Translations under genes and position numbers: made by a program | Part shown: positions 25,401-39,320 of the stretch, in pieces | How the letters are laid out: every line of letters begins with the position of its first letter | How positions within the stretch are numbered: position 1 is the stretch's first letter | Notes under the pieces: generated by a model | What the model was told of the DNA's origin: nothing | Databases searched by the model: none | Seen by the model: the letters and a program-made list of their open reading frames with translations, nothing else | Assembly (NCBI GenBank): GCA_002269645.1 | Contig: NIVC01001770.1 | Span: 31,277-95,276, forward strand | Direction: 5' to 3' | Origin: Macrostomum lignano | Lineage: Eukaryota | DNA: 64,000 bases

Positions 25401-26424
25401 TTAGTGACAGTGTTGTTTGTGACAGTTTTGTTTGTGACAGTGTTGTTTGTGACAGTGTTGTTTGTGACAGTGTTGTTTGTGACAGTGTTGTTTGTGACAG
25501 TGTTGTTTGTGACAGTTTTGTTTGTGACAGTGTTGTTTGTGACAGTGTTGTTTGTGACAGTGTTGTTTGTGACAGTGTTGTTTGTGACAGTGTTGTTTGT
25601 GACAGTGTTGTTTGTGACAGTGTTGTTTGTGACAGTTTTGTTTGTGACAGTGTTGTTTGTGACAGTGTTGTTTGTGACAGTGTTGTTTGTGACAGTTTTG
25701 TTTGTGACAGTGTTGTTTGTGACAGTGTTGTTTGTGACAGTGTTGTTTGTGACAGTGTTGTTTGTGACAGTGTTGTTTGTGACAGTGTTGTTTGTGACAG
25801 TGTTGTTTGTGACAGTGTTGTTTGTGACAGTTTTGTCGGCGACGCTGTTGGTGACGCTGTCGGTGGCGCTGTCGGTGACGCTGTCGGTGACGCTGTCGGT
25901 GACGCTGTCGGTGACGCTGTCGGTGACGCTGTCGGTGACGCTGTCGGTGATGCTGTTGGTGTCGCTGTCGGTGACGCTGTTGGTGACGCTGTCGGTGGCG
26001 CTGTCGGTGACGCTGTCGGTGATGCTGTTGGTGTCGCTGTCGGTGACACTGTCGGTGATGCTGTTGGTGTCGCTGTCGGTGACGCTGTTGGTGACGCTGT
26101 CGGTGACGCTGTTGGTGACGCTGTCGGTGACGCTGTTGGTGTCGCTGTCGGTACCCGCAGGTGCTGTCCCGCTTGCACCGCTGTCCGGGCTTCTACAGTT
26201 CGGACTGGCGCGTGGCCGCCTTCGCCCTGCTGCACTTGCCCGACGACGGGCCGTCGCAGGAGGCGGCGGCTGCTCGCCGACTGAAGAACCACCTGCTGGC
26301 CCGCCTGCCGAAGTCGCTGGCCCGCCGCCTGATGGAGTCGGCTGGCGCCGCGCCGCCCCAGGCACCGCTGTCTGCGGCCAGCAGGACCTCCAGCTACCGG
26401 CTGACGGTGCCAACTGCTTACTGA
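19428..26424 (+). CDS. GSAP: Gamma-secretase activating protein / pigeon homolog, 8 exons
   Basis: Exons 19428-19888, ~20914-21329 (acceptor uncertain), 21885-22328, 22652-22840, 23344-23514, 24033-24452, 25184-25378, 26161-26424, all phase-compatible. Recalled GSAP-like motifs in the expected order: [65 protein letters not shown]. Family call is from memory, not a search. Confidence 0.75.
19920..20390. repeat. (CCTA)n microsatellite with repeated higher-order interruptions (GSAP intron 1)
   Basis: Directly visible. Confidence 0.95.
20490..20826. repeat. Minisatellite, 21-bp unit gtagtttagcgattcccctga (GSAP intron 1)
   Basis: Direct tandem copies. Confidence 0.95.
21415..21833. repeat. Degenerate ~10-bp ggtgtcttga array (GSAP intron 2)
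   Basis: Directly visible. Confidence 0.88.
22366..22605. repeat. Minisatellite, 28-bp unit cccagatccttagttgctgggccagcct (GSAP intron 3)
   Basis: Direct tandem copies. Confidence 0.93.
22900..23205 (-). mobile_element. tRNA-derived SINE, family 1, copy B (GSAP intron 4)
   Basis: The reverse complement reads tagactagtggttagagcg...ggttcgattctcg...gcaagacacttaactctgcattgcttcagttcacccagctgtaaaatggg..., colinear with copy A through the 3' end. Confidence 0.82.
24478..24942. repeat. Degenerate aggt/agaggtgtaggt array (GSAP intron 6)
   Basis: Directly visible. Confidence 0.9.
25396..26150. repeat. Compound minisatellite: 15-bp gtgacagtgttgttt followed by 12-bp gtgacgctgtcg (GSAP intron 7)
   Basis: Abrupt unit switch at ~25835; fills nearly the whole intron. 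Confidence 0.96.
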
Positions 26425-27629
26425 TTACCGGCAACACTACTAGTGTCAGTAGTATATGTAGCTGCATACATTACTGACAAGGACAGCTAAATGTGCTTTC
26501 AACTTTCTGTCTATTAACGTCATTTGTACTTTTATGATCGTTACAAACTATAATTTTGGCTTAGCAATAAGATATAGCTTGTATTGCCACTATTTTGATT
26601 GTGTCTTTTTCTGAATTATTTAAATGGTGCTCAATATAATTTTATTAATTAGATTTTACGTTGCGACTTCGGCAAAAAAGATTATTTAAATTTAAATTTA
26701 ATAAATTGTCTCGACTGATTCTTTTTCGCTCCATTTCATCTGACGTCACTCAGCGGTGATTGCTAAAAATAGAACAATTACGAGGGTCACGAGGGAAAGT
26801 GAAACATGTAAGGATATAGCTTCGGGGTTATAGAAAATCATTAGATTTTTATCGCTGCATATGCTACTTAGTAAGTAGTTACGCTAAAATATCCGATTCG
26901 CCAACTGAGCGGAGACTGGAACTTGAATTACGAGTTTCGGGGTGTTGTTGCGTTTATGTAGGCTGCACTGGTAGTTGCTGTTTCAGGCGCTAGTATAGCA
27001 GGGACTTTGTAATTCTCCTGAAGTGAAACTCGAGCCCCTGTGCTCCCCCATGGGGGCCGCTGGTGTATGGCTGAGATGGCGGGGGCAGCAAAGAATATTT
27101 TATTAGCGAGAGGGTATAAGCTCGCTGTTTTTTAAGTTTGGCTTTTCCTGGAAATCCCAAGATTAAATGCGAGCGCGCCCCGCAGGGTCCAGCCATCATC
27201 CTTTGGGCCAGCTGAAGAACTCAATAGTGTAAGCGATACCGGCTCGGCAAACATGTCGGGGGGGGGGGGCCTCCAAGAGGAAACCTTTGCCAATTGAAGC
27301 CCTTAGTGCTTGCTTAAGCCTCTACATGCGCCAGTGGCGGTCTCTGAGTTAATTCAAATTGAGCCGAAATATGATAGCAGAGGGGCGATAAGATGTATGC
27401 ACTGATTTGATTTTCGCTTCTTAAGTCAATCTCGCAGTGTCCACTCGCTCAGTTTACCGTGTTGAGGGGGACGGGTGACCCCCCCCCCTGCGGACTCAAG
27501 TTCTGGGATACAGATTCAACTTCCAGCCTTCCATTGGCGACTTTCGAGGTAGGTTGAAGCTAAACAAGAAAAAATGGGTGAAAGAGTGGGTGAAAGGGTG
27601 ACCGCGGAGCCAGCAATGCGGTTGAGAAA

Positions 27630-28110
27630 AAATGGCGGTCCCTAAGATCAAGTGGAACTACCTCAGATGAAATGGCGGTCCCTCAGATCAAGTGGCACTA
27701 CCTCAGATGAAATGGCGGTCCCTCAGATCAAGTGGCACTATCTCAGATGAAATGGCGGTCCCTCAGATCAAGTGGCACTATCTCAGATGAAATGGCGGTC
27801 CTTCAGATGAAATGGAACCCCTCAGAATAAATGGCGGTCCCTCAGATCAAGTGGCACTATCTCAGATGAAATGGCGGTCCCTCAGATCAAGTGGCACTAT
27901 CTCAGATGAAATCGCGGTCCTTCAGATGAAATGGCGGTCCCTCAGATGAAATGGCGGTCCCTCAGATGAAATGGCGGTCCTTCAGATGAAATGGAACCCC
28001 TCAGAATAAATGGCGGTCCCTCAGATGAAATGGCGGTCCCTCAGATGAAATGGCGGTCCTTCAGATGAAATGGAACCCCTCAGAATAAATGGCGGTCCCT
28101 CAGATGAAAT
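27630..28110. repeat. Minisatellite, 20-bp unit aaatggcggtccctcagatg with 40-bp dimers
   Basis: Direct tandem copies. Confidence 0.94.
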
Positions 28111-28538
28111 GTGGGAATGCTGGAAGAGTATATCTTGTTATAAACTATCAATATTAACACTATTCTTGAGCGCAGGGCTGCAGCGGATAGGGGACGCTTA
28201 ATCACGCCGCGCATCCCGTGCAGATATATACAAAATCAATCCTTGATTCGTTCCAACGCCTTTGTTTAGACCGACTTTTGCCGCTAATCTTCGCCGGCAA
28301 CCAGCCATTTAGCCAATAAAGCTATCTGTAATCTTCTTAATTCTACCGTTCAAGATATTTACATTGGCCCAATATCAGTCAGTAGCTTTTGCCCGCAGAT
28401 TCTAGCTAGTTAAAGAAAATCTGAAAATAAGTTTTCGGGTGCGGGTGGGGGCTTTTATCAACGGTTGCCCAAAGCGAGTTTCTGTTTAGCAATTCTTATC
28501 AATACGAGCTTGAAATAATAAACCATTTTGCCACCAAC

Positions 28539-29885
<1,347 letters not shown>

Positions 29886-29897
<12 letters not shown>

Positions 29898-30545
29898 CTT
29901 AAAATGTATTGTCAGGAGCTGTAAATCTATTGTCAGGAGCTGTAAATCTATTGTCAGGAGCTGTAAATCTATTGTCAGGAGCTGTAAATCTATTGTCAGG
30001 AGCTTAAAATGTATTGTCAGGAGCTGTAAATCTATTGTCAGGAGCTTAAAATGTATTGTCAGGAGCTGTAAATCTATTGTCAGGAGCTGTAAATCTATTG
30101 TCAGGAGCTGTAAATCTATTGTCAGGAGCTTAAAATGTATTGTCAGGAGCTGTAAATCTATTGTCAGGAGCTGTAAATCTATTGTCAGGAGCTTAAAATC
30201 TATTGTCAGGAGCTTAAAATTTGTCAGAAGCGTAAGATTTTTTTCAGGAGCTTAAAATCTATTAATCTATTGTCAGGAGCTTAAAATCTATTACCAGGAG
30301 CTTAAAACGTAATATCAAAAGCTTAAAATTTATTGTCAGGAGCTTAATCTTCCATCAGGAAGGTAAACTAGTGTGTCAGGAAAGCAAACTAGTGTGTCAG
30401 GAAGGCAAACTAGTGTGTCAGGAAGGCAAACTAGTGTGTCAGGAAAGCAAACTAGTGTGTCAGGAAGGCAAACTAGTGTGTCAGGAAGGCAAACTAGTGT
30501 GTCAGGAAGGCAAACTTGTGTGTCAGGAAGGCGAACTGGTGTGTC
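29886..30545. repeat. Two abutting 21-bp minisatellites (tattgtcaggagctgtaaatc; tgtcaggaaggcaaactagtg)
   Basis: Direct tandem copies sharing the core tgtcagga. Confidence 0.94.
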
Positions 30546-31269
30546 AGTAGTGCCAAACCTGAGCTGGCGAGCACGGAAGTTCGATGCACCCAGTGCACCA
30601 ACAAAGGATAATATTATCAAATCATTTTATTGAAATTGTTTTGCCAATCCCAGCCATATGCGATAAAATTCAACCAAATGAAAAAGTCAGTTTTTATCGC
30701 AATGCTGACTGTGCGGTCTGCTGAAACGCCGCATGCCAGTCATCTCGAGTGCCTGGCGACACAGTTGGTGCTGGTTACGGCTAGCGCAGTCTCCCATTGT
30801 TACCACAGCCTGAGCAACAGCAGGGGGTCTTCGTGGCCCCCCAACACCGGATCCCTTCAATTATGAAATTCGGCGAGACTCTACATCGCCTTTATTTCAT
30901 TTTTTATATTAACTTTCCTCTCCCCTATTGGGATTCCAACCCCCTCCACCCGATAATGCTGATAACTTTCCTGCCCTCCCCGCCCCACATCCTTGATTTC
31001 TATCCCAAACTGCCAGGGTCTGGTGTCAATTATTGATGATAAATAACCCCCAGTTTCTGGTCAACACGTGCCAATTATCTATTGGGGGTTCGGGAGGGTC
31101 ATCCTAGTCGCTATGCTGATGTCCATAAATCTGTCTCTATGCCGCATTTAGTGGCACATTATCAATTTAATTGAAAGTTTCTGTGGTTCGACTGCAGCCT
31201 TTTCTGAATTTGACTTTTGCCCGAAATCAACGAAATGAAATTTACGCCTGTGCTGATCCGAGAACTAAT

Positions 31270-32538
31270 CCGAAACTTCACCAAACCGAAGCTTCACCAA
31301 AACTCGAAGCTTCACCAAATCGAAGCTTCGCCAACACGAAGCTTCACCAACCCGAAGCTTCACCAACCCGAAAATTCACCAAACCGAAGCTTCACCAGCC
31401 CGAAGCTTCACCAAAACCTGAAGCTTCACCAACACGAAGCTTCACCAACACGAAGCTTCACCAACACGAAGCTTCACCAAAACCTGAAGCTTCACCAACA
31501 CGAAGCTTCACCAACACGAAGCTTCACCAACACGAAGCTTCACCAACACGAAGCTTCACCAACCCGAAGCTTCACCAACACGAAGCTTCACCAACCCGAA
31601 GCTTCACCAACCCGAAAATTCACCAAACCGAAGCTTCACCAGCCCGAAGCTTCACCAAAACCTGAAGCTTCACCAACCCGAAGCTTCACCAACCCGAAGC
31701 TTTACCAACCCGAAAATTCACCAACCCGGAGCTTCACCAACACGAAGCTTCACCAAAACCTGAAGCTTCACCAACCCGAAGCTTCACCAACCCGAAGCTT
31801 TACCAACCCGAAAATTCACCAAACCGAAGCTTCACCAAAACCCGAAGCTTCACAAAATCGAAGCTTCACCAAAACCTGAAGCTTCACCAACACGAAGCTT
31901 CACCAACACGAAGCTTCACCAAAACCTGAAGCTTCACCAACACGAAGCTTCACCAACACGAAGCTTCACCAACACGAAGCTTCACCAACACGAAGCTTCA
32001 CCAACACGAAGCTTCACCAACACGAAGCTTCACCAACCCGAAGCTTCACCAACACGAAGCTTCACCAACCCGAAGCTTCACCAACCCGAAAATTCACCAA
32101 ACCGAAGCTTCACCAGCCCGAAGCTTCACCAAAACCTGAAGCTTCACCAACACGAAGCTTCACCAACACGAAGCTTCACCAACACGAAGCTTCACCAAAA
32201 CCTGAAGCTTCACCAACACGAAGCTTCACCAACACGAAGCTTCACCAACACGAAGCTTCACCAACACGAAGCTTCACCAATACGAAGCTTCACCAACACG
32301 AAGCTTCACCAACCAGGAGCTTTACCAACACGAAGCTTCACCAAAACCCGAAGCTTCACCAACACGAAGCTTCACCAACACGAAGCTTCACCAACACGAA
32401 GCTTCACCAATACGAAGCTTCACCAACACGAAGCTTCACCAACCAGGAGCTTTACCAACACGAAGCTTCACCAAAACCCGAAGCTTCACCAAAACCTGAA
32501 GCTTCACCAACCCGAAGCTTCACGAACACGAAGCTTCA
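31270..32538. repeat. Minisatellite, 16-bp unit aagcttcaccaacacg with higher-order blocks
   Basis: Direct tandem copies; AAGCTT in most units. Confidence 0.96.
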
Positions 32539-32935
32539 GGTTACGCTGGGTGTACGCTCCTACACATTAATACTCACAAGTGTTCACAATATACTTCTAT
32601 CAGAATGTTTAACCGGCTGTAATGAGTTCGTTGAATTTATATAAATTGTCTCAACGCTTTGAATTTCAATTCACGGTCGACACCAATATGGGCCGCAGAT
32701 GCCCCGCTGTAATCTGACACCAAATTGACAACAACTTGAGCAGTCTTCAAGCTTCAATTGAAAACTTAACTCAGAGTCGGCCCTCGCTCTCGCTTATTTT
32801 ATGACCAAGAGAAAGCAAACAGATGTATATTCGCTAGCGGACACAAGCACACAAAATCCCGCTTGTCTGAGCATAGCTATTGGAGTTTTTAAGATTTTGG
32901 AGAGGGAGAGAGAGAGAGAGAGGGAGAGAGAGAGT

Positions 32936-32975
<40 letters not shown>

Positions 32976-33944
32976 GAGAGTTAGAGAGAGAGAGAGCTGT
33001 CCGTCAAATGCCAAGTTTCAATGACTAAAGGGTTTGAAAGCTACATATGCTCGAGAGCCGTATTGACTCGAACTCAGACTGGGCCAAGTTCTGTTAAGTA
33101 GTGAAAGTTTATTTATCTGGGCTGCAACCCCCAACCAACTCTTTTCCCCTTTCTAGGGGGGAGATGGGAAACTGGGAAAAAACCCAAGCACTGGTCATCA
33201 GGAGAGTCAAGCACAGCTTGGAGGAAGCGAAGGAAATGAAACTCTGGTCTTTCGGCCGAGCTTTCTTGGTGGGTCAGGAACGGAAAAAAGCAACTTGAAA
33301 GACAAGACTCCAGCTTCCGAGAGAGATAGAGAGAGAGTATGGAAGGATATAGGAAGCTGGGACTGCCTCATCAAAAAAGAACCTTCGGTCCCGCAGAGTC
33401 AATAGCGACCCGATGGAGAGGAGAGGCTGGAAAAGAGCTTTCTTTGTCACGCTGGGCAAACTGGCAAACAAGGGGGGGGGGTTTAGAGACCGCCGGCCGG
33501 CGGTGGTCGCAGCGGCGGCAAACGGGCTGAGCTCCTCTGGAGAATGCTGTGAGAAAGGAGGAAAAACAACAAGAAGAGTAGGAATGAAAAAAGGCACAAG
33601 AATAGAATGAGAATCAAGAGTCATAATGACTCGTGCCCGCGTGTCCTGCATCAGCATTTCCCAGGCCTACAGGAAGGGCAAGTGGTCTTGATTAGGCACA
33701 GCAACGATTCCATTGTTTGAACTTCCTTGATGCCGGATATGTGCTGCCGATTGATCCTCTTGATCTCTCGCGTGGCCACCGGCTGTGCGAATTAAATTAT
33801 TCAAACATCAGACCTTTGAGACTCTTTGTCGAAAATGTAAATCCGGAATTTCTAGGAGAGCACGATTGCGAGAAGGAAACTGAGTTGCTGTCAGATATGA
33901 GAAGCGTCATGAATGAGACAATGTCTTCGATGAGAAGGGTCCTG

Positions 33945-34405
33945 GATGAGAATTTCCGGTCAGGGATGAGAATTACCGGTCAGGGATGAGAAGTGCCGGT
34001 CAGGGATGAGAATTTCCGGTCAGGGATGAGAATTACCGGTCAGGGATGAGAAGTGCCGGTCAGGGATGAGAATTGCCGGTCAGAAATGAGAAGTGCCGGT
34101 CAGAGATGAGAACTGCCTGTCGGAGATGAGAATTGCCGGTCAGGGGGGAGAATTGCCGGTCAGTGGTGAAGTGCCGGTCAGGGGTGAGAAGTGCCGGTCA
34201 GGGGTGAGAAGTGCCGGTCAGGGGAGAGAAGTGCCGGTCAGGAATAAAAAATTCCGGTCAGGGATGAGAATTGCCGGTCAGGGATGAGAAGTGCCGGTCA
34301 GGGGTGAGAATTGCCGGTCAGGGGTGAGAAGTGCCGGTCAGGGGTGAAGTGCCGGTCAGGGGTGAGAAGTGCCGGTCAAGAATGAGAAGTGCCGGTCAGC
34401 AAGGA
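33945..34405. repeat. Minisatellite, 20-bp unit gccggtcagggatgagaagt
   Basis: Direct tandem copies. Confidence 0.93.
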
Positions 34406-34814
34406 GAAGTGTCGTTAGGTGAAAAGTGTAGAAGATGAGATTAGTGATTTTGCTAGTAATTTTGAGAATTGTCTTTTTTTAAAGTGAAAAGCACAAAATC
34501 CAAAAATTTTATTTTGTTATTTTCAAGCTATAGCAATGTTCCCAGCGGAGACTAGATACATATATGAAGTATTTATTCTGCCAATTGGCATAAATTGCAT
34601 AATGAGATTAGTAAATTATTATTAGTAAGTTTGCAAGATCGAGTTAATAAAGAAACAAATTGCACAAACTAATAATGATAATAAGAATGGCTAAAATTAA
34701 AAAATGAACGGCCGCGCCTCATAGTCAACAACAGCATGGCAACGCAAAAAGACAAATTGTTAAAAAAACTTCAAAAACAGAAACAGCTCTGACTGTGAGC
34801 TTCCATTGCTGGAC

Positions 34815-35147
34815 TCTCATTTGTCTATTCTCGCTGGTCTACTCTCATTTGTCTACTCTCATTTGTCTACTCTCATTTGTCTACTCTCGTTTGTCTACTC
34901 TCGTTTGTCTACTCTCATTTGTCTACTCTCGTTTGTCTACTCTCGTTTGTCTACTCTCGTTTGTCTACTCTCGTTTGTCTACTCTCGTTTGTCTACTCTC
35001 ATTTGTCTACTCTCGTTTGTCTACTCTCGTTTGTCTACTCTCGTTTGTCTACTCTCATTTGTCTACTCTCGTTTGTCTACTCTCATTTGTCTACTCTCAT
35101 TTGTCTACTCTCATTTGTCTACTCTCATTTGTCTACTCTCATTTGTC
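34815..35147. repeat. Minisatellite, 14-bp unit ctactctc(a/g)tttgt, abutting the DMRT stop codon
   Basis: Direct tandem copies. Confidence 0.95.
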
Positions 35148-38100
35148 TTCAAAACCCGACTGCGGCGTCGTCGGTGGCGGCGGCAGCGGCAGCGACTGTG
35201 GCGGCGGCGGCAGCATGGCGGGCGGCCAGAAGCAGGGGGGCCTTGGCAGCAGGTGGTAAGGAGGCGGCAGGAACAGCTCGTGTGGCGCTCTCGGGTGCTG
35301 CTGAGACGGCGGCGGCGGCGGCGGCGGCAGCAGCAGGTGGTGCGGAAAGTGCGGCGTCGGATGATGCGGGAAGCCGGCAGATGACAGCAGCGGGCTGTTG
35401 AAGGCAGTCGACTGGCGGCTGATGGCGGCGAGAGAAGCGATGGCCGATGAGGGAGTCAGGAGCGGCGGCGGGGTCGGCTGCCTCTGCTGCTGCGGTGGCT
35501 GCTGCTGCTGGCCGGGCCGCAGTCGGGAAGCCGATGCCGGGTCAGCGGCCAGGAAGTGCTCAATGGCCTTGACAGCGTCGCCACTGTAGTTCTGCAGGGC
35601 CAGCTCGAGCGCCTGGCGACGCTGGCTGGGGAACAGGCGCTCGAGGATTTGCAGAGAGGACAATCGGCCTGGCTTGCCTGCCGAAGTCCTGCGGCCGCTG
35701 CCCGACGCTTGATGCTCCTGCGGCGGCTTCGGCTGGGGCAGCGGCGGTTGCGAAGACGAGGTTGGTGGTTCGATCTCTTCCTCGACTTTGTCGGTGATGC
35801 AGTTGGACTCTTCGCTTGTCCGTGTTGAGTCCGTTGGGCCAGTCTCCCGCTGCTGCTGCTGCCGCTGCGTTGGCGATGAGACGGCGTGTTGCAGATTTTG
35901 CTGGCTTTGCTTCTTTGTATCTTCTACACTGGAGGCGCCGCTGTTTTCTGGGAAAAATCAATCAGTAGATTTGGCAGCAGTTAATCACAACAGTCTCATA
36001 GTCTGATGGAGAATTTCAGTTGGGAATTCGGATGCTGAAAGGATTTGGAAACTGTTAGAGATAGATTTTTGTCAGAGTCTGCAGGCTATAGATGAAATTT
36101 TGTTTAGAATTTCAAGTTTTGAAGAGCTGAAGGATTTTTCTTGAAGGTGGATCTTAACCGACTTGAGATTTGGGATTTTTTTTGAGAAATTTAGTAGAAT
36201 TTTTATTAGTCTCCATTTGCCGCTGTATCGCGGACCCAGTTGACTCAAAATTTGACTCAACTTGCGCAAACACAAATGAGAGCCGCCCTCTCTCTGCCGA
36301 CTAACCGCGGGAAACCCGACACCCGCAAGCATCTGTCGTTGCAGAAGTTTTCCCAAAACCAAAAGTGTCCTGACTGAGACCGAGGCCAATCTTAACAATA
36401 TTAACTCTCATTTAGAGCTGAAAATGAATTTCTGCCCCCGAAGGAAAGTCTATTTTTCAAGTAAGAAGATCCCTCTAGACAAACACTGAGATTCTTTGGC
36501 AACCCTAAAAAAGGATATGTAGTAGGGACGGCAAGTGTTTAAACAGGGCTCGTTAAACACGTGTTTTAGCGGCCGTTCCCCTCAGTTTTCCAGAATTGAA
36601 AGAAGACTAATTTGAAAGAAATTTGCTGAACTGAGATTTCTTGTGCTTGTAAAAAATCTTCTTTTATTATAGGGCACATTTTGAAGCAGTTAGAAGGGTT
36701 AAAAGCAAACAGACAAATTTTCAATCTCGAGTCAGACTTTCTATCGAAGCTTGTCAAATAAATTTGTGTAGCTGTCAAATCAATCAATATTTTCCCCGAT
36801 CTACAATAACATTTCCCTATCGGGGTCAGCTATGAAAGATCTCAACTGCTGACTCTTGAAAAGTTTTAGGGTTGGCAACGTGCGTTTATTTCGAATATTA
36901 TTGTCAGATTTGGCAAATATTAGATCCAATTGTCTCTTAACTATCGAGTGTTTGCTCAACACTGCGCTGTCTCAGTTGATAGTTGCCATGGAAACGAAGC
37001 TGACTTCGATTGCATGGTGGCTTTGAGCTTAAGCTGGGATCGTTTAGCTAGCGGCCCTTGTCTTAGTTTTGAAAGAATACTCTGAAGGGATGCTCAAGAT
37101 GCTAAATAGGTATGAGCAGGCAAGTAGACATGGGGTAGATAGTGGGGTAGACTCTTGGGTATACAGCGAGGTAGAGTGTGGGGTAGAAATTGGACTAGAC
37201 AGCCAGTGGGGGTAGTCAGTTAGGTGTATACAGTGGGGTTAGATCGCGAGGTAGACAGTGCGGTAGGCAATAATAGGGTGGATAATAAAGTACACAGTGG
37301 GGTACATAGTGGGGCAGACAATAGGTTAGACAATAGGGTATAGAGTGGGGTAGACAACAGGGTAGACAATAGGGTAGCCAGTAGGGTAGACAGTGGGGTA
37401 GACAGTGGGGTAGACAATGGGGTAGACAGTGGGGTAGACAGTGGGGTAGACAGTGGGGTAGACAGTGGGGTAGACAGTGGGTATACAGTTGGGTAGACAG
37501 TGAGGGTAGACAATAAGGTATAGTGGGGTAGACAATCGGGTAGACAATAAGGTATAGTGGGGTAGACAATCGGGTAGACAATAAGGTATAGTGGGGTAGA
37601 CAATCGGGTAGACAATAAGGTATAGTGGGGTAGACAGTGGGGATAAACAATAAAGGTAGACAACAGGGCATAGAGTGCGGTAGACACGTCTCATCGACTC
37701 ACCGTGCCCTCCATCCGACGAAGCCGCCGCTGCATCAGCCTCTTCATCAGCTCCGCCGTCGCAGATTCCAGCTTCCTGATTATTATCACCCTCATCATCA
37801 TCATCAGCCTCCTCCAGCTGCTGCTGCATCATCGTCAGAGCGGCCGCCTGCTGGTCCATGGGCTCGCTGACGCAGTCGGAACCCCACAGCGGGCCGGAGG
37901 AGAGCACCGGCGCGCTGCCATCGGCGAAGCTGCGCAGCCCGATAGCGACGGCGTCCTCGGCGCTCTGCTGACGTTTCAGCGCCACCTGGGCGGCCATGAC
38001 TCGCTGCCGCTCGGCGATGAGGTTGCACTTGGCGCAGGCGCAGTCTTTGAACCGGCAGTGCCGCTTGTGGCCCTTCAGCCAGCTGACCATGCCGTGGTTG

Positions 38101-38294
38101 CGGCAGCGGGCGCACTTTGGCTTCCTGGCGCCCTTCTCCGTCACTGGGTAGATTGGCGGCTGCATCAGCTTCACCAGGGACCGGGTCAGGGCCGGGTCCA
38201 TGAATGGCGCCCGGAGCGCGGCCGAGTGGGCAGGACCAGCGGCCGAGGAGGTCGGCGAAGGCGGCGGCGGCGGCCCGTGCGGCGACGTTTCCAT
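35139..38294 (-). CDS. dmrt93B: Doublesex/mab-3 related transcription factor with DM and DMA domains (Dmrt93B-like)
   Basis: Exon 1 (38294-37703, donor G|GTGAGT) has the DM domain [58 protein letters not shown]. Exon 2 (35947-35139, acceptor tttttcccag, phase 1) is open throughout and has the DMA domain [33 protein letters not shown]. The subfamily call rests on recalled [20 protein letters not shown] signatures. Confidence 0.92.
37115..37685. repeat. G-rich minisatellite, ~12-bp unit ggggtagacagt (DMRT intron)
   Basis: Direct tandem copies right next to the donor. Confidence 0.92.
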
Positions 38295-38814
38295 TGAAAT
38301 TTGGGCAACTCAGCGAACAAAATTAGTTTTTGCTTTTTATCTCAGGCTTTCTGTCTGGTCTGTTGGAACAGAATCGGGATTGCTAAATACTGATCCCCAG
38401 CTGCTGGGATTTGCAAAACTTTCACTGTGTCCCCGCTGACCGGGGTCCAATAGGCTTAGCGGAAAGGGGGAGGGAGCAACACAGATCCCGAACCCCTCGG
38501 CCAATCCGTGATCCCTGCGCCAATCCGCCACCCGATTCCCACCCACCATGGACGGTATCCAATTTCTGACAGTCTTTAACAAAAAGGAAATCGCCTTTTT
38601 TCGTAGCGGAGCGCAGTTTTCAGGAAAAAAAGCAAAATGAAGGAAATTGGTTCGAGCATGATTTTCTGTTTGAGGGGTGCGGGATAAAAAACTACTATTA
38701 GAAAGTTGACACCTTGTTAAACGTTGTAAAAGAGACTGCGGCGAAAAATTAGTTTGGAAATTCGAATTTTATAGTGACTAAAACTTTTTAAGAAGTGATG
38801 GAAATAGCTGGGTT

Positions 38815-39320
38815 TTAAAAGGTAGTGAGGGGTAGCGGGCCTTTAAAAGATAGAGAGGGGTAGCGGGCCTTTAAAAGATAGAGAGGGGTAGCGGGCTTTT
38901 AAAGGGTAGAGAGGGGTAGCGGGCATTTAAAAGATTGAGAGGGGTAGCGGGCATTTAAAAGATAGAGAGGGGTAGCGGGCCTTTAAAAGATAGAGAGGGG
39001 TAGCGGGCTTTGAAAAGATAGAGAGGGGTAGCGGGCCTTTAAAAGATAGAGAGGGGTAGCGGGCCTTTAAAAGATAGAGAGGGGTAGCGGGCTTTTAAAG
39101 GGTAGAGAGGGGTAGCGGGCATTTAAAAGATTGAGAGGGGTAGCGGGCATTTAAAAGATAGAGAGGGGTAGCGGGCCTTTAAAAGATAGAGAGGGGTAGC
39201 GGGCTTTGAAAAGATAGAGAGGGGTAGCGGGCCTTTAAAAGATAGAGAGGGGTAGCGGGCTTTTAAAAGATAGAGAGGGGTAGCGGGCCTTTAAAAGGTA
39301 GAGAGGGGTAGCGGCCCTTT
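38815..39320. repeat. Minisatellite, 28-bp unit gagaggggtagcgggcctttaaaagata
   Basis: Direct tandem copies. Confidence 0.95.

Noticed and set aside
25078-26477. 400-450 aa mucin-like ORFs on both strands
   Set aside because: The region is GSAP intron 7, with clean splice sites on either side of a compound minisatellite.
26985-27345. Possible MITE with G/C runs
   Set aside because: Candidate terminal inverted repeats match only partially and no TSD was found.
33000-33950. Protein-like ORF 33717-33989 and TE-like flank
   Set aside because: No recognisable domain or convincing splice sites; the ORF runs into a minisatellite.
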